This document shows, piece by piece, positions 37,591-48,700 of a stretch of DNA of 64,000 nt; within the stretch, counting starts at the first letter, position 1, and each line of letters opens with the position of its first letter. The position numbers were made by a program, and so were the translations under genes. Where the stretch lies: positions 1 to 64,000 of the forward strand of contig NW_026576883.1 in the NCBI RefSeq assembly GCF_028641065.1. The letters are read 5' to 3'. Origin of the DNA: Leucoraja erinacea. Its lineage: Eukaryota. The notes under the pieces were generated by a model. That model saw only the letters and a program-made list of their open reading frames with translations. It was not told where the DNA came from and made no database searches.

Positions 37591-39530
37591 TTTCCTTTAA
37601 ATGAACCTGTAATGTGACGCCTCACCTTCAGAAATAGCACGCTGTCTTTTTGATCCATTCTGTCCTGTAACTCCACGAGCTCCCGCTGAACATCATTTAA
37701 ATGGTTTTGAATCCCCGTCAGATTTATCTTCATCTCATTTACGATCTTTTTCTTTTCTTCCCGGAGATCTCTGAGTAAGCGGTTCTCTTTCTCGGAGAGG
37801 ATCTGGTGCAGATCAGCAAACCAGGCTTTGAAGTGAGACTTAAGGTTGTGTGACTCTTCCTGTCAAATGAAAGATGAAGATTAATATATCACGTTGTGGA
37901 GTTGTCTTACCTTAAGACATGGAAGACGAACATTTCACTCAGTGATTTCATGGAGCATTGAAATAGGGCTTCGGTCAACCATGTCACGTTGGCCTTTGTA
38001 CATATCTGTCTTGGTCCATTCTACCTGCATTTCACTTTGCACTTTTTACCTTATCAATTGAAGAGCTTGTCCAGGTGATTGCTTATTTGTTGTGCAAGGA
38101 ATATGATAATCCCATCAATCCCAGGAGAGAGTGGGGCAGAGAAAGAGTGAGAGAGGGGGAGGGGGGGGGGGGAGGGAGATGATGGGAGAGAGATGAGGGA
38201 AGAAGGGGGGAGTGGAGGGAGGGGGGGGGATGGGATGGAGAGGGGGGGAGAAGTAGGGAGAGGAGGGGGAGGGGGAGGGGGGGGGAAATGGGGGAGAGAG
38301 TGGGGAGGGGAAAGAGAAGAGAGGGGGGAAGGGGGAGAGAGGGGGATGGTGAGGGGGGGAGGGGAGGAGAGTGGGAAGGGGGAGGGAAGGGGAAGGGGGG
38401 GATGGGAGAGAGAGGGGATGGTGAGGGGGAGGGGAGGGGGAGAGGGGAGGGGAGAAGGGGAGAAAAAAGGGGTAGGGGAAAGGGGTGGGGGGGGGGGGTG
38501 TTAGGGGTGAGGGAGGGGGTGGTGAGGGGGTAGGGGAGGAGAGCGAGGAGGGGGGAAGGGGTGGGAGGGGTGTGGGGGAGAGGGGGAGGGGAGGGGGGGA
38601 AGAGGGGGGATGGAGGAGGAGGGAGAGGGGGATGGGGAGAGAGGGGGAGGGGGAGGGAGAGGAGGGGAGTGGGGGGGGGGGGAGAGACATAACTATTTCC
38701 ATCGTGACCACAATGCCGTAACATCTCTATAATCTCCCTGCACCCCAAGGTGTAAAGTTATTGGCTGCCCAATCTCGCTCTGTAGCTCAGGTTCTCGACC
38801 GTGCTATAGAGGCCTGGCCTATTGCTATCGCGTCACAGGTAATGAACGTACACAAGATCAGGAAATGGAAACTGGAAAAGCCTCACCAGAACTCCAGATA
38901 TCTTTAGTTTCTGTTGCTGCTCCATTTGCTCGATCTCTGATTCCTTTTTCGTGAGAGATTCGCAGGAAGATTTCATCTGATTCTGGAATTTGGGTTTAGA
39001 ACAGGGAATAAAATGTCAGACAATAAACAAGGAATTGAACGATCAAGTGATCAGAATCGGGTTTGCTTTTACCTTATAGATTTCTGCAGCTTCTGATATC
39101 ACTGTGAAGCTGTGAGATTTGTGTTCCTGCCCGGCTGCACAAATCACACAGATCAGCTTCTTGTCAGTTTCACAAAACAGCTTCAGTTCTTCCTGATGTT
39201 CCTCGCACTGACGTTTACGCTCATCTTTCCGATACAGGCTGTGATTTCGTGCTTTATCAGCCAGTCTCGCCAAGGCCCAACTAACCCTGAGGGTGCGCTC
39301 TTCAAACGCCTCTCCACATTCCGGGCAGGAGTTTCTCTCCTCCCTGTCCCACAGCCGTGTGATGCATGAGCGGCAGAAGTTGTGCCCGCACTCCAGTGCC
39401 ACCGGGTCGGTGAAGAAATCCAGGCAGATGGGACAAACTGCCTCCTCGGTCCAACTCTCGACTTGTTTTTTCGAAGCCATTTTCCCTTCCTGGTTTAAAA
39501 TGTTTTCACTGACGCGGAGCTGCTGAATAT

Positions 39531-39612
39531 GGGCGGTCGCGGCGGCGCAGCGTTAGAGTTGCTGTCTTACAGCGAATGCAGCGCCGGAGACACGGGTTCG
39601 ATGCTGACTTCG
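39531..39612 (+). mobile_element. tRNA-SINE head about 50 bp upstream of the TRIM B ATG
   Basis: GGCGGCGCAGCG...TTACAGCGAATGCAGCGCCGGAGACACGGGTTCGAT, same family as 17745-17938. Confidence 0.7.
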
Positions 39613-40298
39613 ATGCTTTATCCCCTTTTCCAAAGGCACAAAATGCTGGAGTAACTCAGCGGGACAGGCTGCATCACGAGTAATGGGTGACGGTTCGGGT
39701 CGAGACCCTACTTCAGACAGTCTCGACCCCAAACGTCACCCATTCCTTCTCTCCAGAGAGGTTGCCTGTCCCGCTGAGTTACTCCAGCATTTTGTGACAA
39801 TGTCTTAATGTTGTACTCTGGGCCTTCATTGATGAGGTTCTGGATTCCAGTTGCCATTATTGGCTGCACTTCAATGTGATTTACGCAGGTAAAGCACTCT
39901 GTGGTCTCAGAAAAGAGATTCGAGGACATTGTATAAATGTTAGCGGGTTGTGACTATGCAATGCTGAGAACTATATGCTGCACATTATATCTGTCTCTTT
40001 TCTCTACCCGAAACTTTGCCTATTTCCTTCGCTCCATAGATGCTGCTGCACCCGCTGAATTTCTCCAGCATTTTTGTGTACCTTCGATTTTCCAGCATCT
40101 GCAGTTCCTTCTTAAACCCATTTCTACCCATTGTACTGGAGTTTGCTTGGGTGCAGTTATCTTTGTTACTATCTACTTTGACTGGACAGTATGGAAAACA
40201 AAACCCTTGTACACGTGAAAATGATGAACTTAGACCTAAACCAGTTTGGTACTGGAGACACTGCTGCATGTCGGGTCGGGTGGTGGGGGGTGAGTGCT

Positions 40299-40332
<34 letters not shown>

Positions 40333-40464
40333 CACATCCTCCGGTGTTTTGTGTTCCTCCCCCGTGTTATTCGTGATCCGGGAGAGGGGGCGCCTATTTC
40401 TGATGGTGGCCTCACGCGCAGAGACTATTTAGAAAGTTTGCAGAGAAAGTAACATATAAAAGAC

Positions 40465-40848
40465 ATAGACGTAGAAAATAGGTGCAGGAGGAGGCCATTC
40501 GGCCCTTCGAGCCAGCACCGCCATTCATTGTGATCATAGCTGATCGTCCCCTATCAATAACCCGTGCCTGCCTTCTCCCCATATCCCTTGACTCCACTAG
40601 CCCCTAGAGCTCTATCTAACTCTGTCTTAAATCCATCCAGTGACTTGGCCTCCACTGCCCTCTGTGGCAGGGAATTCCACAAATTCACAACTCTTTGGGT
40701 GAAAAAGTTTTTTCTCACTTCACTCTTAAATAGCCTCCCCTTTATTCTAAGACTGTGACCCCTGGTTCTGGACTCGTCAAATATTGGGAACATGTTTCCT
40801 GCATCTAGCTTGTCCAGTCCTTTTATAATTGTATATGTTTCTATAAAT
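40465..40848 (-). mobile_element. CR1 3' fragment
   Basis: [15 protein letters not shown] translation. Confidence 0.88.
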
Positions 40849-42885
40849 ACTTGATGTGGCCCCAGTGTAGGTTAGTGTGGAGGTGAAGGGAAGGGAGAAT
40901 AGGGTAGGGTGAGGGGAGGTGATGGTACGAGCGCGATAAATGAGTGCAGGCAGTGGGGCTGATGGGAATACAGTGAGTGGCGGCAGAGTGTTGAGACACA
41001 AGAGACAGGAGATACTAGAATCTTGAGCAAAAAACAAATTGCCGGATGATTCAACGGGTCAGGCAGCATCTGTGGCGGGACATGGATGTTTCACGTTTGG
41101 AGTCGTCACCCTCAGACTTGATGGACGATTTTCTTGTATTTTAAATCGCGCGTAAAAAAGAACAAGCCTTTACAGAATTTACACAGTGGTAGTGGATGGA
41201 CAAAGTAGCCAGAGGCGACCGCGGGCTTGGAATGGACTTTGGTCACTCGCGGTTTCATGAAACAGAGACAGAGACGGCCAGAAAGCGAAGGAAAGAGTCG
41301 GGACTCGAGCAGAGGAAAGTGGGAGCTGGTTGGAGACTGGCAGTGAGGGAGATGAAGCGTTAAAGCGGTGAACGAGAGCAGGAAGCAGCACCGATACAGA
41401 CATGATGTACCTGAGAGAGAGGTGAGGGAGGGGTCTGGCGGCGACTGAGACAAGGAATGATCTACGTATCCTACAGAGAGACAGGCAGAGCCTGAGCACA
41501 ACGGGCTCCCACCTGGAACCGGGAATTCGGTTTGAACCCATTCTTCCAAAGATCCGTTCCGAAGAAAAGGAATCTGTTGTGTGGAGAGCAAATGCTGCAA
41601 ACACGCTATGAATTATACGAGTTATACACCACAGAAGCAGCGTCCATACAATGTCCATAATCACATGCTCCCACCTCCCATGTAAACCCTACATTCTCTA
41701 AAAAAAATACTTTAAACAAAAAACATTGAAATCATACTTTTACAATGCACTAAAACATTTTGAATACATCAAATTTCAAAAGGTCCTTACCGTGGGAGGG
41801 GGGGTGCCTCTTCACACACCCTCTCCCCCGCTCGGTCGATGGCTCTATCGCCGAGTATCCCCGAGGCCGGTGATCTGTGATCGCTCAGCGCTGTGAAGGT
41901 GGCCTGGCCGCTTCCAAGTCATCTCACACGAGCGAGGGGTCAGTTAGACATTAAACTGGCCTGAATAAAGACGAAAGGTAAGAAAGGGCTTGGAAATGAC
42001 TAAGGCAGGACAGAAAAGGAAGGGGCCGGTGCTAAGGAAGCCTCGGGTGTAACTTGAGGAGGCGTTGCATCTGTGGAGCCCGCCGCCCGCATCTCCGTTC
42101 ACAGCCCCCGATCAGCATGGACGGACACCTCCCTCCGCCCTTATTTTAACCCACAACAGTGCACCTGTCTCTCATGCAGCAGTCTTCGGGGCAATCTATG
42201 TTTGTATGCATTGTTTAAAGGATATTATATGACCCTGTAACATTCGTTGCACCGGAGGTTGCAGGTGGTTGCCGGAGGTTGCAGGTGGCGGGAGCAAGTA
42301 GGGAGATTGACAAAAAAAACCTCCGGGAACCGCACGGAAACATTGGGTGGGGCGCAAAGTCTCCAGAGGTTTCCGTTCAGGTTTCCTAAGTGGGACAGGG
42401 GCATAAGTGATGTCCCTGCAGCGACAACCAAACCCTGAACACCGATAAATATCATCTATTTAAATAATTCCTCAATAGGAAGATGTCGTGTTTATGGAAG
42501 ATGTTATTTTATTAACTGTTGAAGTTAATGCACAATTAACACTTGTAATAGTGCAATGTATGATCAAATGTAGATCTCCAGGCGTTCTCTCTGCCCCAGG
42601 TTCACTTTCCCCGCGGTTAATACATCGACCGATCCTGCAATACCGGTTTCTATCAGCAGGAGGGGCTCCAGCAGTGGCGAAAATGTACAAACCTTTGCAC
42701 AGCTCGGCATCTCCATCTGGTGGCTGAAGGCAGCAATGCAATGAACTGATCTTATTGAGGTGGAATAGTGGAGGCCCCCCTCAATGCAGGAGCGAGAAAT
42801 AAACATCTGGTAGAATTAAAAGGATAAAGAAGTATTTGTGGAGGATAAGAGTCAAGGGTCGAGACCCAGAATCAGGACGAAATGA

Positions 42886-43266
42886 TGCTTATAGAAACAT
42901 ACAACATTCTTAAGGGGTTGGACAGGCTAGATGCAGGAAGATTATTCCCGATGTTGGGTAAGTCCAGAAATAGGTGTCACAGTTTAAGGATAAGGGGGAA
43001 ATCTTTTAGGACCGAGATGAGAAAATCATTTTTTACACCGAGAGTGGTGAATCTGTGGAATTCTCTGCCACAGAAGGTAGTTGAGGCCAGTTCATTGGCT
43101 ATATTTAAGAGGGAGTTAGATGTGGCCCTTGTGGCTAAAGGGAGAATGGAGAGAAGGCAGGGATGGGATACTGAGTTGGATGATCAGCCATGATCATATT
43201 GAATGGCGGTGCAGGCTCGAAGGGCCGAATGGCCTACTCCTGCACCTGTTTTCTATGTTTCTATGC
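42886..43266 (+). mobile_element. CR1 3' fragment
   Basis: CR1 ORF2 C-terminus and tail. Confidence 0.88.
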
Positions 43267-43626
43267 TGGATTACAGATTCCAGCATCTGCAGACTTTTGT
43301 ATCTCCGTGAATTCAGGACTTCAACAGCATCAATAACAGAAATGTTTTTCATGTGCTGCAGGACTGACAGGGTCAGGGCAAATTCCGACCAGAGACTCAG
43401 AATGCCAATTCAGGTTCTCTCTGCCCAGATCCTGCCCGACCAACAGCGGACCCATCCCAAGCCCACTTCACCATCGCAGTTTTGTCCACCCACACAACGG
43501 AGGTCTGGACTCAGACAAAAGGGTCTGAGTTTGTGATTTTGCAACCCACTTTGTTGGGATTTGGGAATACTGATTACAAGTCTGGAAGATTGGGTAATGG
43601 AATGGCAACATTACTTGGTGAGGAGC

Positions 43627-43849
43627 TGTGGAGGCGCCTGATAGCAACCCATGGTCACGAGGAACCATCGGCGCTAGAGGGCAGCGTCTTGATGGGGGAG
43701 GCGTGAGTCACGGAGTCGTTATCTGAGTTGTTATTTAAGGCCCTTCTCAGCTGAGGAGTAGGGAACTGTATGCAGAAGAATAAACACGTCCGGAGCACAC
43801 ACTTGTGTCCGACTAGTTTTTGGCTGGTCTCCTGCCAGGCCCTGCCACA
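43627..43849 (+). mobile_element. Solo LTR, 223 bp, probably Gypsy-type
   Basis: TGTGG...CCACA termini, 4-bp target-site duplication GAGC (43623-26 and 43850-53), TATA-like TATTTAA at 43732, AATAAA at 43779. Confidence 0.8.
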
Positions 43850-43988
43850 GAGCGAGCATGATTTGCTAACATTGGAGTCAGGAAGAGAAGTTGTGTGTCG
43901 CAGTTTTGGCAGGGAAAGTCATGAGGGTTGATATAGATGCAACCTCACATTAAGGACGAAAGAATTTCATTACTCCACCTCGGTACAT

Positions 43989-44400
43989 ATCTATACTATT
44001 ACTAAAAGTCTCATCTTGACCACTTCCTGTCTGCTTTGTAAATACATTTTAGAAAAAATGGTACCCTATATAGCTATGATTTTTTTTGCCATATTACTCA
44101 TCGTTCCCCTCTCCTCCAAATGCCCCAAGGTTTTTTCCGATCGGTGAAATAATAAAAAAGTTCTGAATGTTTAACAAATCGTGAGATCAGCTGATTGGTC
44201 TTCTCGCCTGTCACTCACCATGATGAAGGTAACGACCCTTCCGGGGGCCAGGAGAATAAAGCCCCAGATGCCGGACGTGAGTCAGTCAGTCTGGAAGATT
44301 GTGAGTGAGATTTGAGTCCAGAACTTTGATTCTACGCCGTGTATGAGTGAACTGAATTATTAGCCCTGCACTGTGCTTGAAATGAATTGAATTGACATGA
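43989..44400 (+). mobile_element. Helitron-like 5' fragment
   Basis: A|TCTATACTATTACTAAAAGTCTCATCTTGACCACTT resembles the 5' end at 28417. Confidence 0.55.
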
Positions 44401-44589
44401 CTATTTCTCTCTCTTCGGCTGAGGGCGGCGACTAAAGTTTCACCTGATGGACTGGGTGAAAAAGAAGGGAAGAAACAGAGGCAGATAATCAGAGGGAAAT
44501 TTGTAATGGAATTGGATCATTGAAACCAAACCCACTTACAATATATTGTAGGTTTGTAGATTAATCCAACGTACACATTTAATACCCTG

Positions 44590-45725
44590 TTGTTGAATTT
44601 GGATAATGCGTACGACCAGTAACATTCACAAGAACCGAATAGAAAGATTGTGTTTATTTGAATCATGTGCTTGATGCTTCTAATACTCCAATCAAAATAA
44701 ACACAAATCGCTTTGGACAGTATAGTTTGCTTTTAAACTCTGTTTGTGAATGTCCCTGTCTGTAAATTGACTCCTGCATTTCAGTTGCCATTCCTGGCTG
44801 TACTTCAAAGAGAATTCCACCAGTAAAGCACTTCGTGGTCTCCTAAAAGAGATGCGAGGACATTGTGTAAATGTAAGCGGGTTGTTGCTGTACGCACTCG
44901 ATCTTGGAGGGAATATTCCATTTCCGAAGCACAAACAGGGGTAGTGGATAGACGAAGTAGCCGATGGCATCCATGGGCCTGGAATGGACTTTGTCCACTC
45001 GGGTGTTCCCTGAAACGGAGACAGAGACGGCGAGAAAGTGAAGGAAAGAGTTGGGGCTCGAGCAGAGGAAAGTGGGAGCTGGTTGGAGACTGGCAGTGGG
45101 GGAGATGAAGCGTTAAAGCGGTGAACGAGAGCAGGAGGCAGCACCGATACAGACATGATGTACCTGAGAGAGAGGTGAGGGAGGGGTCTGGTGGCGACTG
45201 AAACAAGGAATGATCTACGTATCCTACAGATAGACAGGCAGAGCCTGAGCACAACGGGATCCCACCTGGAACCGGGAATTCGGTTTGAACCCATTCGTCC
45301 AAAGATCCGTTCCGAAGAAAAGGAATCTGTTGTGTGGAGAGCAAATGCTGCAAACACACACTCTGAATCCACTGAATCTGCGGACTTTAGGACCGGGGGA
45401 GCCTGGAGCTCAGGACCCGCCACCCGCGGGAAGGGAAATTGTTTCAATCTTTATATTTTCACAAAAGTAATTGCTGTTCCATTGACGGACACGGTTAACG
45501 CATTAAAATGAACAGATCGACAGACAGAGAGCTCAGATTTCAGTTGCTGTTTATTTAATTCTTCCCACATTCCCCCCTGGTTTTATTTCCACGCTCACTG
45601 GGGTTTCACGACGCGGAATTTGGGGATTAAATGTGATCCGTTCAGCGCCGACCTGTTGTCCACTGGGTTTCTGCCCCACAGCCCCTGAGCCCCGCTCCTG
45701 ATGCCGGTCCTGGGACCCGACCCTT
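44590..45725. repeat. Locus-specific duplicated block, also at about 29140-30860 and, interrupted, at 39830-39960 plus 41180-41605
   Basis: Near-identical runs such as GAGGAAAGTGGGAGCTGGTTGGA and CACCTGGAACCGGGAATTCGGTTTGAACCCATTC occur in three places. Confidence 0.85.
45550..45587 (-). terminator. Two AATAAA signals in the TRIM C 3' UTR
   Basis: TTTATT on the plus strand at 45550 and 45582. Confidence 0.55.
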
Positions 45726-48700
45726 TTACACACCCAGAGCGGAACCGGAGCTGATTCTCAGCCAGCTTTCATCCCAAGTCCAGAAGAAAGGATAAAGTTT
45801 CTCCGTGAATTTATTGCCAGTGAAGGTGTGGAGATGGGACTTGGTGTCCGCGTCGTGAAATGAAACTGTCCCGGACTCGTAACTGAGATAAATTCCCACC
45901 TTCCCGGGGATGGGACGGGTGGGAAGAGGGGATAGAGGGGAGGTGAATGCATCAAATTCGTTACACCCCCAACGCCCGATGCTCCAGACTCCAGCCTCCG
46001 GGGTCAGTGGGACCCATTCCTTCCTCTCCACAGACTCTGCGGCGACCCCTAGGCTCCAGCCCCGACTCCCCGCCACCTCCACCTCCCAGTAATGTCTCCC
46101 CGATGTGAATTCCTCCGATCCCAGCACACACGTCCAGTCTGTAAACCTCTTCCTGGTGCCAGGGAGACTCCTCCCGTTCCCGGTACATCTCACCCTTTTC
46201 CGATCCTCTGGAACCTCAAGCCACGGATGCGCTGTTTCCACATCCAGGGTGACGGAGACTGGGGGGAGAAGCAGAGAATCAGAGAGTCGCCGGGGGCCGG
46301 TGAAATAATAAAAAAGTTCTAAATGTTTAAAAAATCGCGAGATCAGCTGGTTTAACATAGAAACATAGAAAATAGGTGCAGGAGTAGAGGCCATTCGGCC
46401 CTTCGAGCCTGCACCGCCATTCAATATGATCATAGCTGATCATCCACTCTGTATCCTGTACCTGCCTTCTCTCCGTACCCCCTGATCCCTTTAACCACGA
46501 GGGCCACATCTAACTCCCTCTTAAACATAGCCAATGAACTGTGGCCTCAACTACCTTCTGTGGCAGAGAATTCCACAGATTCACCACTCTCTGTGTGAAA
46601 AATGTTTTTCTCATCTCGGTCGTAAAAGATTTCCCCCTTATCCTTAAACTGTGACCCCTTGTTCTGGACTTCCCCAACATCGGGAACAATCTTCCTGCAT
46701 CTAGCCTGTCCAACCCCTTAAGAGTTTCTATAAGATCCCCCCTCAATCTTCTAAATTCTAGATTTAACACAAGAGGATGGAGTTTTAAAGTGGATCTGAG
46801 TGGTGAGTTTTCTTCACACACAGATAGTGGTAGATATTTGGAATATTTTGCCAGAGGAGGTGGTGGAATCAGATGTAATCACTACATCTAAGAGACATTG
46901 CAATTTAACAAACGAGGTGTAGAATAATACGGTTCTAATGTGGGCAAATGGGATTTGTGCAGATGGGAAAAAAGGTGAACATGAACACGATGGGCCAAAG
47001 GGCCTGACTCTGTAATGTACAACTATGGCTCTCTGGCTGCAAGAGCACTGAATGACCAATTATCCACAGCCACTGGTGCAGGGAATTCCAAAGGCTGCCC
47101 AGTCTCTACGTGTAGTAATGTCTCCTTGTCTCTGTCCTAAATGGTCCAGCCCACATTCTGAGAGGGTTCCCAATGGCTCCAGATTCCTCAGACAGGGGAA
47201 ACATCCTCCCTGCATCCAGCCCACTGAGCCCTGTAAGGACTTTCTGTGTTTCACTGAGATCTCCTCTAATACACCTGAACTCTCGAGTAAACAGGCCTGG
47301 TCTACGCAATTTCACGCAGCACAGCAAACCCATTCACCCAGGAATAAGGATTAGTTCAAGTGTAAACAAACTTTGCTCTCTGTCTCTGTGATGCTCCCCC
47401 CCAGAGTCCATTAATACCATTAACCTTCACATGTAAGTATTGCATAAAGATGTCTTAAAAAAGAACAATGGAAATAGTATTAGTTTTACCTCGGTTGATG
47501 ATATCAGATGTTTCTCTCAATACCATGTTGTAGAAAAAGGTGCGATCAAACTTTTCAATGGGCAACGCGCCATCTACCACCAACATTGGTTTGGTTTCAT
47601 CACTAACCCTGCAAATATTTAACAGCTGGTTAGAAACTGAGCATTAGCTGTTTTTTTGAGCTGTACTATAAAAACAAACATTGTTTCAGTCAAAAGCATG
47701 TCCTACCTGCTCTTGCGACCAGCTTCCTCCTGAAATAAATAAAACACAAATCTCAATAGACTGAGATGGATCGGCATGATCCCGACGGCGGGTATTTCAC
47801 ATAATTGCTACTAAAAACCCTCTGATAATTCCCATTTCCCAACTCTTTGCCGCTGTCACTCAAACAGAAAGTGGATATTGTCGCAGAGACATCGAATAAG
47901 GGGGAAAGCATTAGGAATGTCAATGAAAATAACTGCGAGTATGCAACTGACGAGTAAGACCAGGTATTTTATCTGGAGAAGAGAGGAGACAAAACGGAGA
48001 TAAGGGAAAGAGAGTAAAAGAAAAGTTAAGACACCAGAATTAACGGGGCAGAACGCCCAGGAAGGGATAGGAGAGTAAGTCCAAGTGAAATAGCAATCAA
48101 TGTGAAAGGTGCGGGGAGTAATGGATTAAAAGTATTATATATGAATGAACAAAGTATAAGAAATAAAGTGGATGAGCTTGAGGTTCAGTTAGAAATTGAC
48201 AAGTATGATGTTGTGGGAATTATAGAGACATGGCTGCAAGATGACCAGGGCTGGGAACTGAATATTCAAGGGTATACGTCCTATCGATAAGACAGACATG
48301 TGGGGGAAAGGGGGTGGGGCAGCTCTGTTGGTGAGGAATGAATTTCAGTCCCTGGTGAGAAGTGATATAGAATCAGGAGATGTATAGTCAGTATGGATAG
48401 AACTGAGGAACTGTAAAGGTAAAAAGACCCTAATGGGAGTTATCTACAGGCCACCAAACGATAGCCTGGATATAGAGCGCAAGATGAATCAAGAGTTAAA
48501 AATCATGGACGTATTGGTGATCATTTTCCAATGTTCTATAGATTCAGGATCAGTTCCTGTGGATTGGAGGGTAGCTCATGTTACCCCACTTTTTAAGAAA
48601 GGCGGGAGAGAGAAAACCGGGAATTATAGACCAGTTAGCCTGACATCGGTGGTGGAGAAGATGCTGGAGTCAATTATAAACGATGAAATAGCGGCACATT

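Larger units (their letters stand above)
30862..39480 (-). pseudogene. TRIM gene B (RING-B-box-coiled-coil-B30.2), +1 frameshift in the B30.2 exon. Exons: 39480-39073, 38982-38887, 37859-37626, 34545-34523, 34433-34297 (inferred donor), 31398-30862
   Basis: Same architecture as A and C. B30.2 is split between ORFs 31100..31498 and 30862..31269 by an extra A at 31160-31162. The native exon-5 donor is absent. An assembly error cannot be excluded. Confidence 0.7.

Noticed and set aside
38083-38748. Pro-rich or Gly/Glu-rich ORFs (also 11241-11937 and 1376-1786)
   Set aside because: Translations of purine/pyrimidine tracts inside introns
44692-45447. 251-aa ORF as a novel protein
   Set aside because: The frame is not preserved at full length across the three copies of the block (insertion in one, truncation in another) and has no recognisable motif
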